A DNA stretch of 64,000 nt from NCBI GenBank assembly GCA_016187395.1, contig JACPJV010000006.1:62345-126344 (forward strand). Direction: 5' to 3'. The notes beneath the pieces were generated by a model that was given only the letters and a program-made list of their open reading frames with translations, made no database searches and was not told the DNA's origin. This document shows, in pieces, positions 48,586 to 57,069 of the stretch (the first letter of the stretch is position 1; each line of letters begins with the position of its first letter). Source of the DNA: Candidatus Aenigmatarchaeota archaeon (GTDB lineage Archaea > Aenigmatarchaeota > Aenigmatarchaeia > GW2011-AR5 > JACRAC01). The translations under genes and the position numbers were made by a program.

Positions 48586-49386
48586 ATGGAACTTTCAATT
48601 GAGATCGTTAAAGCTCTGCACGAAAGTGGCTTAGACAGACAGACCGTCGAGAACATGCTATCACACTATAGGAAGATGCGATGGGAATACGCGATGGCGG
48701 ACCACGAAGCCGTCGGGATGCATGCAGGTAAATTCTGCGAAAATGCATCCAACCTAGTACTTTCAATACTTACTGGCCAAATGGAAGAAAGGCCACAGTT
48801 GGGCAATGTTCTAACCAAAATAGACAAGGCGCAACCCAATACTCAGGTCGATGATATGATACGAGTAACAATACCGAGGATGCTTCGTGCCGTGTACGAG
48901 CTACGAAGCAAACGTGGAACTGTTCATGTCAATCTCAGAATGAAAGTCAATGAAATTGATTCCAAGCTAACCCTCGATATCTGCAGCTGGATTCTAGCCG
49001 AGTTCCTGAGAGTTTACCACTCCTCTGATATGGACATAGCCTGGAAGCTTATTGATAGAGTGTCCAAAGTTCAGCTTCCATTCATAGATGAATATAGAGG
49101 AAAGAAGCTGATAATGAACGCCAAATTATCTGTTCCAGAAGAGGTCCTGCTTCACCTCATAAATGCGGGCGTCGAGGTACCGGTTGATGAACTTATCAAA
49201 TGGATACCCAATGCCGATAGGAACCACGTCCTAACGGTTCTTCGACAGCTACACGACAAGCGATTGGTTCACTACGATGAAGGATTTGCAAAGATAACGC
49301 CTCTTGGTGCTACAGAGGCCGGTAGACTGATTTCGGAACTCCAGCCCACCCCTACTGATCTTAAAGAACTGAACTCAAATAAATAA
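48586..49386 (+). CDS. hypothetical protein (266 aa) with C-terminal winged-helix-like region
   Basis: ...NHVLTVLRQLHDKRLVHYDEGFAKITPLGATEAGRL. No catalytic motif recognised. Confidence 0.4.
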   Translation: MELSIEIVKALHESGLDRQTVENMLSHYRKMRWEYAMADHEAVGMHAGKFCENASNLVLSILTGQMEERPQLGNVLTKIDKAQPNTQVDDMIRVTIPRMLRAVYELRSKRGTVHVNLRMKVNEIDSKLTLDICSWILAEFLRVYHSSDMDIAWKLIDRVSKVQLPFIDEYRGKKLIMNAKLSVPEEVLLHLINAGVEVPVDELIKWIPNADRNHVLTVLRQLHDKRLVHYDEGFAKITPLGATEAGRLISELQPTPTDLKELNSNK

Positions 49387-49400
49387 TTCGAGGTATTCAC

Positions 49401-49637
49401 ATGTCCCGCCTTCCAACCGTTTCCGGCAAAGAGATGATAAAATTTCTCTGCAATAAAAGAGGATTTCGCCTTGACAGGCAGAGAGGCAGCCATGCTATTG
49501 TGAAGGGCATGATTGGAGGGAAGGAAGTAGCCATACCAGTTCCGCTATACGATGAAATTTCCATTGGCGTGAGGAAAGATATTATTGCATGTGCAGGGAT
49601 GAGTGAGGAAGAATTTATCAGAGAATTCAGGCGATAG
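49401..49637 (+). CDS. hicA: HicA-family toxin (mRNA interferase)
   Basis: KEMIKFLCNKRGFRLDRQRGSHAIV matches the HicA/YcfA pattern (..GW.....GSHH). Confidence 0.7.
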   Translation: MSRLPTVSGKEMIKFLCNKRGFRLDRQRGSHAIVKGMIGGKEVAIPVPLYDEISIGVRKDIIACAGMSEEEFIREFRR

Positions 49638-49854
49638 TTTTCTTGCGCGCTTCTACATCAATCCAGCCATAGTGGAGATCTTTCACTTCCTCGACATTCT
49701 CATTCGTCGCCTCCAGATAAAGCTCCACAGCCTCTTCAAGCATTTTTACCGCTTCCTCTTCTGTCTTGCCCTGCGTAGTAACAGGCAATGTAAGGCATCT
49801 GATGGTAAACCACCTGCCTTCCCTTACAATTGCATAGGGAATTTTTGCTTTCAT
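49627..49854 (-). CDS. hicB: HicB-family antitoxin (UPF0150 N-terminal domain)
   Basis: MKAKIPYAIVREGRWFTIRCLTLPVTTQGKTEEEAVKMLEEAVELYLE matches the HicB N-domain. Internal start used because the longer 102-aa frame reads through the tRNA-Lys 3' end. Confidence 0.7.
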   Translation of the reverse strand: MKAKIPYAIVREGRWFTIRCLTLPVTTQGKTEEEAVKMLEEAVELYLEATNENVEEVKDLHYGWIDVEARKKTIA

Positions 49855-49888
49855 AATAATCGTTGTTTTAGCAAAATATATAAGCTTA

Positions 49889-50035
49889 GTGGGCCTGACG
49901 GGATTTGAACCCGCAACATCTTGCTTAAGAGGCAAGCGCTCTATTCCCTCCGTTCCCTTCCATCCCTTTCTTTGGGGTTCTCCAAGACCTTTCTTTCGGG
50001 AAAGAAAGGGATTGGACCAGGTTGAGCTACAGGCC
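49889..50035 (-). tRNA. tRNA-Lys(CUU) with a ~73-nt intron in the D-loop (non-canonical position ~20/21)
   Basis: Minus-strand read GGGCCUG-UA-GCUC-AACCUGGU[intron]A-GAGC-G-CUUGC-CUCUUAA-GCAAG-AUGUU-GCGGG-UUCAAAU-CCCGU-CAGGCCC-A. All four stems pair (one G-U in T-stem), U33 present, anticodon CUU. Intron contains hairpin CCUUUCUUUCCCGAAAGAAAGG. No CCA encoded. Confidence 0.8.
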
Positions 50036-50104
50036 CTTGGATGGAGAATAGGGAATTAGAAGATATTAAAATCATAGAGGTGATTTTCTATTCAGTGTGA
50101 TTTC

Positions 50105-50824
50105 ATGAAGCTGAAAGAAGAATTGATGAATTTTGAATACAGAGAAATAATACTGCCTTTGCAGGAAATTTTCCCCCAAATCAATATAGAAAAAATAAAG
50201 AGGCAATTTTTACCTCTTAAATATTACAACCCTTACAAAACTATTTTTGCAGTTGCATGCGAACTATGGAACGGTGGATATCAATCTATATTTACAAGTT
50301 CTGGTTTTTACGATACTAAGTTTGAGGTATTTTCAGGCCACTGTCACCAGTGCACCCCGGCATTAGGATTGGTTCTTAAGGCGCTTGGATTTGAAAGAGT
50401 CTCTTACCTAGAATGTTTCCGTGTCAGAGAACATTTTCCAAAAACAGGAATAATAGAGCAGGTACCGCCAACAGAGGAACCCAACCAAGAAGTGCGTGAA
50501 GAGTTCTGCAGCATAGGCCGCATTCCTTATTGCTGTCTTGAGGTTGTTATAGACGGCCAGCCACACTATCTGACAGGCAAGCACTTTAAGTCACAAAGCA
50601 GCGGAGCAATTGCCCTGCTTACACCGGTATGCTATAGGGATTTTGTTGGAGTGTTCAGACATCAGGACGATCCGAGTAAAAGCGGCATTTACCTAAAACC
50701 GATAGTCCCAGAAAACAATCCAGATGAAATAGATTTTTCTAGGCGCATCGTGTGGATGAAACAGACTGCAAAAGACCCTGCGCCGGAATATTTTGCAACA
50801 TTCCTGCGCATGCATCTTCAATGA
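50105..50824 (+). CDS. hypothetical protein, possible transglutaminase-like cysteine peptidase core
   Basis: FSGHCHQCTPALGLVLKALGFERVSY resembles the G.C....A.....L[RK]A.G[IF] motif of transglutaminase-like domains. Weak. Confidence 0.3.
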   Translation: MKLKEELMNFEYREIILPLQEIFPQINIEKIKRQFLPLKYYNPYKTIFAVACELWNGGYQSIFTSSGFYDTKFEVFSGHCHQCTPALGLVLKALGFERVSYLECFRVREHFPKTGIIEQVPPTEEPNQEVREEFCSIGRIPYCCLEVVIDGQPHYLTGKHFKSQSSGAIALLTPVCYRDFVGVFRHQDDPSKSGIYLKPIVPENNPDEIDFSRRIVWMKQTAKDPAPEYFATFLRMHLQ

Positions 50825-51492
50825 TTTCTCCTGAAATGGTGCATGTATTTGTGCCTGAATGCGTAGAGAACATAAGCAACGCATATGATGATGCTTACAG
50901 CTATGATATTTTCCAAAATATTCAGTTGGGTTGCAAAGCTGGTGTAAGTTGAACCTAAACTCCATCCCATAAATGCCAGGATAAACGTCCTTGGTATAGA
51001 GCCTATTAGCGTAGAAAGAGCATACTTCCACTTGTTGAGCCTGAGAACGCCTGACGTAAGCGAGACCAGTGCTATGGGGAAAAACGGTATTGCCCTTAGT
51101 ACTGTTATTGTTATCCAGGTTTTTCTCGTGTCCTTGAACCTTTTCTCTGTTTTCTCCACATCCTTCCAGCCAAATCCAAGGAATTTTTCAAATCTGGTTA
51201 CAGTCGCCTTGCCGCCGTAATACCCGATAAAGTAGACGAAGAACGACCCTATGGTTGAAGCTATCGAGGCAGGTATCACGATGAGAAAAAATATCTGAGT
51301 CAGAGCCTCGCCGATGCTTATGCCGGCGGGGATCAGGATGAAGCTGGCTCCCATTATCACAAGCGGAGAAGGTATGGGAACAAACACCTCTTCTATAATG
51401 ACTGCAACAAACACGCTCAAAGGGCCGTAAGTCTGGACTAATAAAAATATCCATTGCATTATACCTTCGAAGTATTCCAGAACCATTAGCAT
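50818..51492 (-). CDS. DedA/VTT-domain membrane protein
   Basis: GYYGGKATV...FGW... and RAIPFFPIALVSLTSG motifs of the DedA family. 5-6 TM helices. Confidence 0.7.
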   Translation of the reverse strand: MLMVLEYFEGIMQWIFLLVQTYGPLSVFVAVIIEEVFVPIPSPLVIMGASFILIPAGISIGEALTQIFFLIVIPASIASTIGSFFVYFIGYYGGKATVTRFEKFLGFGWKDVEKTEKRFKDTRKTWITITVLRAIPFFPIALVSLTSGVLRLNKWKYALSTLIGSIPRTFILAFMGWSLGSTYTSFATQLNILENIIAVSIIICVAYVLYAFRHKYMHHFRRNH

Positions 51493-51510
51493 AATTGAAA
51501 AAGCAAGTTA

Positions 51511-51609
51511 TATAGTCATGCAAGGAATAAATCAGGATATAATACTTCCTTGCTGACTATATGTGAACCAAATAGTATCATATCCTGATTATTTATTTGG
51601 TTCACTATA
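51511..51609. repeat. MITE-like palindromic repeat element, copy E (~100 nt)
   Basis: tatagtcatgcaaggaata...ttccttgctgactatatgtgaaccaaatagtatcatatcctgattatttatttggttcactata. Homologous to 9548-9626. Lies immediately 3' of gene 51626..52444. Confidence 0.65.
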
Positions 51610-51625
51610 AGTACATATGACGATG

Positions 51626-52444
51626 CTAAGAAGCGCCTTCATCGTTTCTTGCTATAGGATGATACCGTGCATCGCGCTTCTTCATCTTTTCTGTGGCAAT
51701 TCTGAAGAAATCCCCGTATGCCATTATGGGATCATTAAACTCGCCAAGCAAAAACATTGCGTTCACAATGCAGTTTCCAAGGGCAACCAAAACTCTATAT
51801 TGTGGAAAACTCATGAATTCTCTTTCAGAATAATCAAATTTCAGATGATCGTCGATTGCATCAAGTTCTTCTTCAATGTTATGATCTGTCCTCGTAAGAA
51901 GCAGGAACCTTCTTGCATGCGTCCTGGTAGGATCGTGTCCCTTCGTTTTTTCTCTATGCGTCTGGTTAATAGCTTCTATTTCCCTCAGCCATGTTGCAAA
52001 AAGTTTCTTCTGGTCATGTGATCTTGATGGGTCATGGATAAATACAGGCCGGGTCCTGTATTCAAGGGACCTGTAATAGATGCTAAGAAGCATTATTTCG
52101 AGGGGTATACGACCGTCAAAGATATCCGAGTCATCCTCTACAAATTGCGGGCACATAATAAGCGCCATATTTGCAAAATCCCCTATTTCAGTGATGGCTT
52201 CTTCCGCGTAACGCTGAAGATGTTCTCTCCTTATTACGCGGAAATACCTGTTCAGAGCTCTTTTGGCTTCTAAATATTCTGATGCCATCTTGTCTTTAAG
52301 CTCGTTTGCTGTATACCTATCTCTCGCTCTCACTCCCTGATCATAAGCAGTTCTCTCCCATTCAGAAAACAGCGGATAAAGCCTGTCTACAGCAGGATCA
52401 TCAAGTATCCTGAGAACTCTTCTTCTTAGCTGTCGCTGTTCCAT
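51626..52444 (-). CDS. hypothetical protein (272 aa)
   Basis: ORF only. Helical, Arg/Glu-rich. Confidence 0.4.
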   Translation of the reverse strand: MEQRQLRRRVLRILDDPAVDRLYPLFSEWERTAYDQGVRARDRYTANELKDKMASEYLEAKRALNRYFRVIRREHLQRYAEEAITEIGDFANMALIMCPQFVEDDSDIFDGRIPLEIMLLSIYYRSLEYRTRPVFIHDPSRSHDQKKLFATWLREIEAINQTHREKTKGHDPTRTHARRFLLLTRTDHNIEEELDAIDDHLKFDYSEREFMSFPQYRVLVALGNCIVNAMFLLGEFNDPIMAYGDFFRIATEKMKKRDARYHPIARNDEGAS

Positions 52445-52477
52445 TATCCATCTTTCAGAAGAAAATTATTAAACCCT

Positions 52478-52810
52478 TTGAATGCTCTTGCTCCAAGAAA
52501 GGCATTTAAGTGCAGCAAGCATAAACTGGTTATGATAGAAGAAATAGTAAAGAACCCTGAAATCAGCGGAGGCCGCGCCATAATAAAAGACACGAGAATC
52601 TGCGTCATGGATGTGGTTGAAGCGCATTATGTTTTAGGTTACGCTCCAGAAAAGATAGCTAAAGAATTTGGCACAGGCGTTTCCAAAGTTTTTTCAGCTC
52701 TGGCTTATTACCATGAACACCGAGAGGAGATAGAGAAGGACATAAGAGAGAACAAGAAGATTCTGCTAGAGAAACTTCATTCAAGCAAACTTCTAGAAAT
52801 AACAAGGTAG
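52478..52810 (+). CDS. DUF433-family protein (antitoxin-like partner of DUF5615)
   Basis: ISGGRAIIKDTRICVMDVVE matches the DUF433 core. Confidence 0.55.
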   Translation: MNALAPRKAFKCSKHKLVMIEEIVKNPEISGGRAIIKDTRICVMDVVEAHYVLGYAPEKIAKEFGTGVSKVFSALAYYHEHREEIEKDIRENKKILLEKLHSSKLLEITR

Positions 52811-52815
52811 ATATA

Positions 52816-53142
52816 GTGAAAACAAAATTCCTTGCCGATGAGCATATCTTTCTTTCATCTGTTGAGCATCTCAAAGTTCTCGGAGTCGACATCAGATCCG
52901 TTCAGGAGGCAGACCTGAGGGCCAAGAGTGACAGGGAAGTTCTGCAGGCAGCCGCTAGTGATGGCAGGGTCCTCGTGACCAACGATTCCGATTTTCTCAA
53001 TATAGCTGAGGAAATACAACATGCAGGAATAATTTTCCTGACGCGTCCAATGAACACAGGCGAGTTAATCAGAGAAATTCATAAGATTTCACTTATCTAC
53101 TCAGCCGAAGATCTGAAGAATGGAATTATCTATATGTCTTAA
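52816..53142 (+). CDS. DUF5615-family PIN-like (Mut7-C-like) nuclease candidate
   Basis: FLADEHIF...VLVTNDSDF pattern. Immediately downstream of the DUF433 gene (classic pairing). Confidence 0.55.
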   Translation: MKTKFLADEHIFLSSVEHLKVLGVDIRSVQEADLRAKSDREVLQAAASDGRVLVTNDSDFLNIAEEIQHAGIIFLTRPMNTGELIREIHKISLIYSAEDLKNGIIYMS

Positions 53143-54370
53143 CAAGAATCTGTTTCATCAGCCTGCTTTCTTTCCGGTAGCGCCACATCGGTAGCTGTAG
53201 CCTGTTTTCCAGGTAATTTAATGCGCTCTGCACATCCGCGAATTCTTTCGGCCGTGATTCCAAAGCGCGCCTCGCGCTCTCCCTCACCAGCCAGACGCCT
53301 GTAGGCACGTAGCCGGAATAACTCTCCCTGAACACAATCGCACCCGCCTGCCTCTGCATCTGCTGCAATTTTTCAGCCACAGCGAGGCGGCACGCATAGT
53401 AGCAGCCGCCTATCTGCGCGTAGTTCTTTCGGCCTTCATGCTTTTCATAATCAGAAAATAACATCTGTTCGTTGCCAAAAATGCCCAAAAACGCCTCAAG
53501 AAATTCATACTGCCATGTGGCAGGCGTGAGAAGAATTGCAAAATAGTTCTTGAAGCCGTAGAATTCATATAATTGGAATGCATCCAGAACGCTATTTTGT
53601 TTTATTTCCGCAATTAATCTTTTGCCAATCGTATCATCCACTGCCGTAATCGACCATCTGGTCGGCACAAGCCTGCGGCGCTTCGCCGTGCCAAATGCGC
53701 CCGTGCTGAACGCCTTCTGGATTGTACTAATCATCAAGCCTTTTTCATACAAATTGGTAACAGCATCCGCAGCCTTCAGATCCGTGTCGTAATGCATTTT
53801 TCCCAATTGCACATCCATTTTAGCATTTGTGAAATCCACTTCCTTTATCGGAGCGCTAGGCCCGAAAGGCTGCATTTCTTCATTGAAAAAAGTGCCGCGA
53901 GGTTTTTTTGTGAAAGATGCCTGCATTTCCACTGAGTTTTTCGCTAGCGCGACTTCACGCATCTGTTCCACAAAGGAATCCTGTACATCTGTGATTTCAG
54001 CAACATGCATGCCGCGAACCAGTTGCATGCGGAATGATATTACATCAGCAACGCTGCTGGCATTTTGCAGCCATGCCTCAGGAGTATCCATAGCAGCAGT
54101 ATCCCCGTGAATAGGCGGCAGCAATGGGCCTAAAAAAACCTTTGGATAACCGAACCTGCCTACAAAAATGGAAGGAGGCGAGGCGCCTTCTATATGCTCT
54201 CCAAACTCCTGTTTCGCATAGAATTTCGGCGTGAGCCTTTCCAGATAGCGCGCCTTGCCGCGGAACATGGCCATACCCCAGAAGAAAGTGCTTTCTAAGA
54301 ATAAATAGAATTCGCTCATAGAAAATAGAGCATCAGAAAATAGTATTGCAATTCTTGCTTTCAAGTACAA
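53126..54370 (-). CDS. Nre-family (DUF650/DUF651) DNA-repair-associated protein candidate
   Basis: Architecture and PSIFVGRFGYPKVFLGPL motif recalled from archaeal NreA. Start uncertain. Confidence 0.4.
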   Translation of the reverse strand: MYLKARIAILFSDALFSMSEFYLFLESTFFWGMAMFRGKARYLERLTPKFYAKQEFGEHIEGASPPSIFVGRFGYPKVFLGPLLPPIHGDTAAMDTPEAWLQNASSVADVISFRMQLVRGMHVAEITDVQDSFVEQMREVALAKNSVEMQASFTKKPRGTFFNEEMQPFGPSAPIKEVDFTNAKMDVQLGKMHYDTDLKAADAVTNLYEKGLMISTIQKAFSTGAFGTAKRRRLVPTRWSITAVDDTIGKRLIAEIKQNSVLDAFQLYEFYGFKNYFAILLTPATWQYEFLEAFLGIFGNEQMLFSDYEKHEGRKNYAQIGGCYYACRLAVAEKLQQMQRQAGAIVFRESYSGYVPTGVWLVRESARRALESRPKEFADVQSALNYLENRLQLPMWRYRKESRLMKQILVKTYR

Positions 54371-54518
54371 AGATGAAATGCAATTACTTTTTCAGTTTCT
54401 CCTTGACGAAGTCATCCCACTTTCTAACTCTGCCTTCCTTTATGGCTTTTTCACTTTCCTTTATCTGTTCCATGAGATCCTTATCGCTAAGAACCTCTAT
54501 ATATAAATTTACTTCGAG

Positions 54519-55016
54519 CTATGCAAATATCATTCTGCCGCTTTCTAAGTCATAGTCAAACGGCGTGCGTGTTTCAAGGAAAAGAAAATTTAGATGCACA
54601 AAACCGCTTATGTGCACATTACCATCTTCCAGAAATCGCAGGAAATTCTGGGCTTCAACATCAGTCATAGGTATCTGCACAGTCCTTTCTATCCTCTGGC
54701 TAGGTTCCAATGAAAGGCTTTTGATGAGCGTAGATCCCGTCGAATTTGTGAAGGTAAGAACAACGTCAAAATTTTGTACCGTGATCCTTCTCTCTGTTGG
54801 ATTCTGGGCAGAGTATTCCACAGAGATAAAAACCTCATCCTCTCCGCTGTTTGATAGCCTCCATTTTCCAAAGCCGAACTCAGCAGAAGCAAAGTCGCTT
54901 TTCTGCGAATTATATTGGTTGTATCCGTAGATAATTCCTGCAACCAATATGATTACAATAAAAGCAACAAGTGCCTTGTCGAAGCTTTTCATAAACATGC
55001 CTCTTGCAGAAATCAT
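54519..55016 (-). CDS. membrane-anchored hypothetical protein (165 aa)
   Basis: N-terminal TM helix, then beta-rich region. 4-nt overlap (ATGA) with the upstream L37e gene. Confidence 0.4.
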   Translation of the reverse strand: MISARGMFMKSFDKALVAFIVIILVAGIIYGYNQYNSQKSDFASAEFGFGKWRLSNSGEDEVFISVEYSAQNPTERRITVQNFDVVLTFTNSTGSTLIKSLSLEPSQRIERTVQIPMTDVEAQNFLRFLEDGNVHISGFVHLNFLFLETRTPFDYDLESGRMIFA

Positions 55017-55246
55017 ATCTTCTTTGCGTGGACAGTTTTCACCTTCTTATGACCAGGAGTCAAGAACTTTCTTTTACTTCTGTTAACAGGCTTCCATTTC
55101 CATGCGTGTTTATACATGCGCGCGCTTTTGCCAAAGCCGCACGCGCTGCACTTCTTGTGCTGGATATGGTAAGAATGCCTTCCGCACCTCCGGCAGCGTA
55201 TATGGCTTATTTTATTATGCCTTCCGAAGCTTGGGGTGCCTTTCAT
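55013..55246 (-). CDS. rpl37e: 50S ribosomal protein L37e (C4 zinc ribbon) with C-terminal extension
   Basis: [38 protein letters not shown] matches L37e (GT.SFGKR.NKTH..CRRCG...YH.QK..C..CG). Confidence 0.75.
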   Translation of the reverse strand: MKGTPSFGRHNKISHIRCRRCGRHSYHIQHKKCSACGFGKSARMYKHAWKWKPVNRSKRKFLTPGHKKVKTVHAKKI

Positions 55247-55590
55247 GAAAATCACCTTCAGACTCTAAGATTTCATATTCAAAGGTTTTTATAGGCGGAA
55301 GCCTCCACATAAAACCTCCGCTTTTAATGCAAACCAACTTAATAAACGGCATATGATATGTTGGTTTGCAGTATGCTGAACAACTAAACCATATGGCGAT
55401 TATTTAGTTGTTCAAGCATAAGCGGAGGATACAAGGAGGAACAACGTTCCTCCTGTACAGCAGGAGCTATGCTCCTGCTTGTATGCTACAGAAGGCTTCC
55501 GACATGCTTTGCAAGCATGAATCGAAGATTCATGCTGCACCGCAAGAGCTTCGCTCTTGCTTGTGCTCAAAGAAACCCACGCCTTTAGGC

Positions 55591-56463
55591 ATGGGAGTAT
55601 ACGGAGCAAATCATATGGATATGCAAAAGGAAGGCGCAACAGAAGCGCATCGCGAAAGAAGCGCGAAAACAGCAGCTGCTTCAAAGGCTTATAACATTTA
55701 TAAACTTTTCGGTGATAACAATTTAGTGACAGTTATGACAACAGCTACTTTGCCTGAACTGACCGGGAATCTTGTCGTGCCAGCTGCCGCAGGCAGCTAT
55801 CCTGCATTGGGCGCAGCCTACAGGCACGAAGGTTCTTCCATCGATTACTCACCATGGCTTGTAAGAACAGGCAAAAACTATTATGGCTCCAAAGCAGAAA
55901 TCCCGGAAGGCATAAGGATGTCCACGGCAGCTGAAGAGCTTGCTCTGCAGCTTGCCCTGGAGAAAGCAGGCAACGACCCAAGAAATGCAGAAGTTTTCAA
56001 CGACCTTTTCGCCAGAAATGAAGAGAAATATTACGCATGGCAATGGACAGAAACAGGGCTCCGCGTGCCAAAGGGCCGCAAGCCTGATGCTTATGAAACT
56101 GATGCGCAGGGCAGAAAATACTGGCAGCGAATATTGCTTATTGGCGACCAGGAAATAGGCGACTTCCCTGTTCCAGAAGGCAATGGAATGGTAATTGTCG
56201 AATGGGACGAGGTTTCCGGACTGCCCAGAGTAACAGAGCAAATAGCTTATCCTCACGAGCCATACACAACACATTTCTGGTTTAATCCTAATCCTGATAA
56301 AGACAAATTATCAGGTCACTACGACGTTGCCATCGGGCGCAGGGGCGCCTGGCCTCACGGTGTGGACGCCAGGTGCCTGAGCGTCGATGCGTCCTACGGG
56401 CGCTGGGATGCGGATTCCGACGGCGGGCTTCCGCCCTGTTCGGGGGTCGCTTCCGCAGATTGA
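55591..56463 (+). CDS. DGR target protein (variable C-terminus; CLec-like VR ending ...GRW.A.SDGG)
   Basis: The last ~40 codons contain the variable repeat (56326-56435). Start uncertain (ATG at 55591 or 55615/55621). The longer frame from 55408 is rejected because it spans an intergenic hairpin array. Confidence 0.6.
   Translation: MGVYGANHMDMQKEGATEAHRERSAKTAAASKAYNIYKLFGDNNLVTVMTTATLPELTGNLVVPAAAGSYPALGAAYRHEGSSIDYSPWLVRTGKNYYGSKAEIPEGIRMSTAAEELALQLALEKAGNDPRNAEVFNDLFARNEEKYYAWQWTETGLRVPKGRKPDAYETDAQGRKYWQRILLIGDQEIGDFPVPEGNGMVIVEWDEVSGLPRVTEQIAYPHEPYTTHFWFNPNPDKDKLSGHYDVAIGRRGAWPHGVDARCLSVDASYGRWDADSDGGLPPCSGVASAD
56326..56435 (+). repeat. DGR variable repeat (VR) followed by GC hairpin (IMH-like)
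   Basis: Aligns to the TR with 12/12 cleanly alignable substitutions at TR adenines. Immediately followed by GGCGG-gctt-CCGCC hairpin absent from the TR. Confidence 0.75.
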
Positions 56464-56846
56464 GAAAGAGCTTGCAAGAATAAATCCAAAGGAAGTTGAG
56501 GAAGCGCTCCTGCAAAGAATGAGAAAGGATTTCAGAGAAACGCCTTTTCCGGAATTTCTGGCGAAGTATAAATTATAAATACTGAAGTTTGTTCTAATTT
56601 ATTGTCTTGGCCAACGCCGGTTGCATATCAAAAGATTGGCGCCAAAAAAGCCTGTCCCAAAGCACCAGTCGCATGTGCATCGGCGACCCCGAACTACATG
56701 CCTGTTCGTAGATGAAGCTGTGTTTTGGCATAGCTTATGACATGAAATACAGCAGCGATAGCTGGTAAAGGCAGAAGTTGATTTTGCCTCGAACGCTAAA
56801 GCTGCAGTGGGGCAGGCATTTGCTGCCTTTGGCGGGCAGGCTACAA

Positions 56847-57042
56847 GTTGCCATCGGGCGCAGGAGCAACTGGCATCACGGTGAGGATAGCAATTGGGTT
56901 TCAATTGCCAGCATATACGCCAGGTGCCTGAACGTCAATCTGCTGAAGGTTCTCGATTTTCAGCAGAGCGCAGATGCGAACTACGGGCGCTGGAATGCGA
57001 AATCGTTTCAAAACGACGCAAATTCCAACGACGGCTTCCGCC
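56847..57042 (+). repeat. DGR template repeat (TR), adenine-rich (many AAC/AAT codons in frame)
   Basis: gttgccatcgggcgcaggAgcAActggcAtcacggtgAgga...cgccaggtgcctgaAcgtcAat...gcgAActacgggcgctggAatgcgAaAtc... Contains three in-frame blocks (30, 36, ~18 nt) absent from the VR. Confidence 0.75.
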
Positions 57043-57069
57043 AATAGTTCTGGCTGGCCAAGACTCATA

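Noticed and set aside
49855-49935. N-terminal 27 codons of the 102-aa hicB frame
   Set aside because: They are the reverse complement of the tRNA-Lys 3' half (VAGSNPVRPTKL), so the antitoxin must start at the internal MKAKIPY.
55408-55590. Upstream extension of the DGR target ORF (start at 55408)
   Set aside because: The extension spans an array of intergenic palindromes (ggaggaacaacgttcctcc etc.) shared with other non-coding regions, so it is unlikely to be coding.
56387-56578. 63-aa frame between VR and TR considered as a possible Avd accessory gene
   Set aside because: Too short, and its N-terminal part is simply read-through of the target 3' end. No four-helix-bundle-sized ORF is present.
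56778-57047. 89-aa ORF reading through the TR
   Set aside because: Coincides with the template repeat, and its translation mirrors the target C-terminus because TR is a copy of VR. Treated as TR, not as a gene (could still be a remnant second target).
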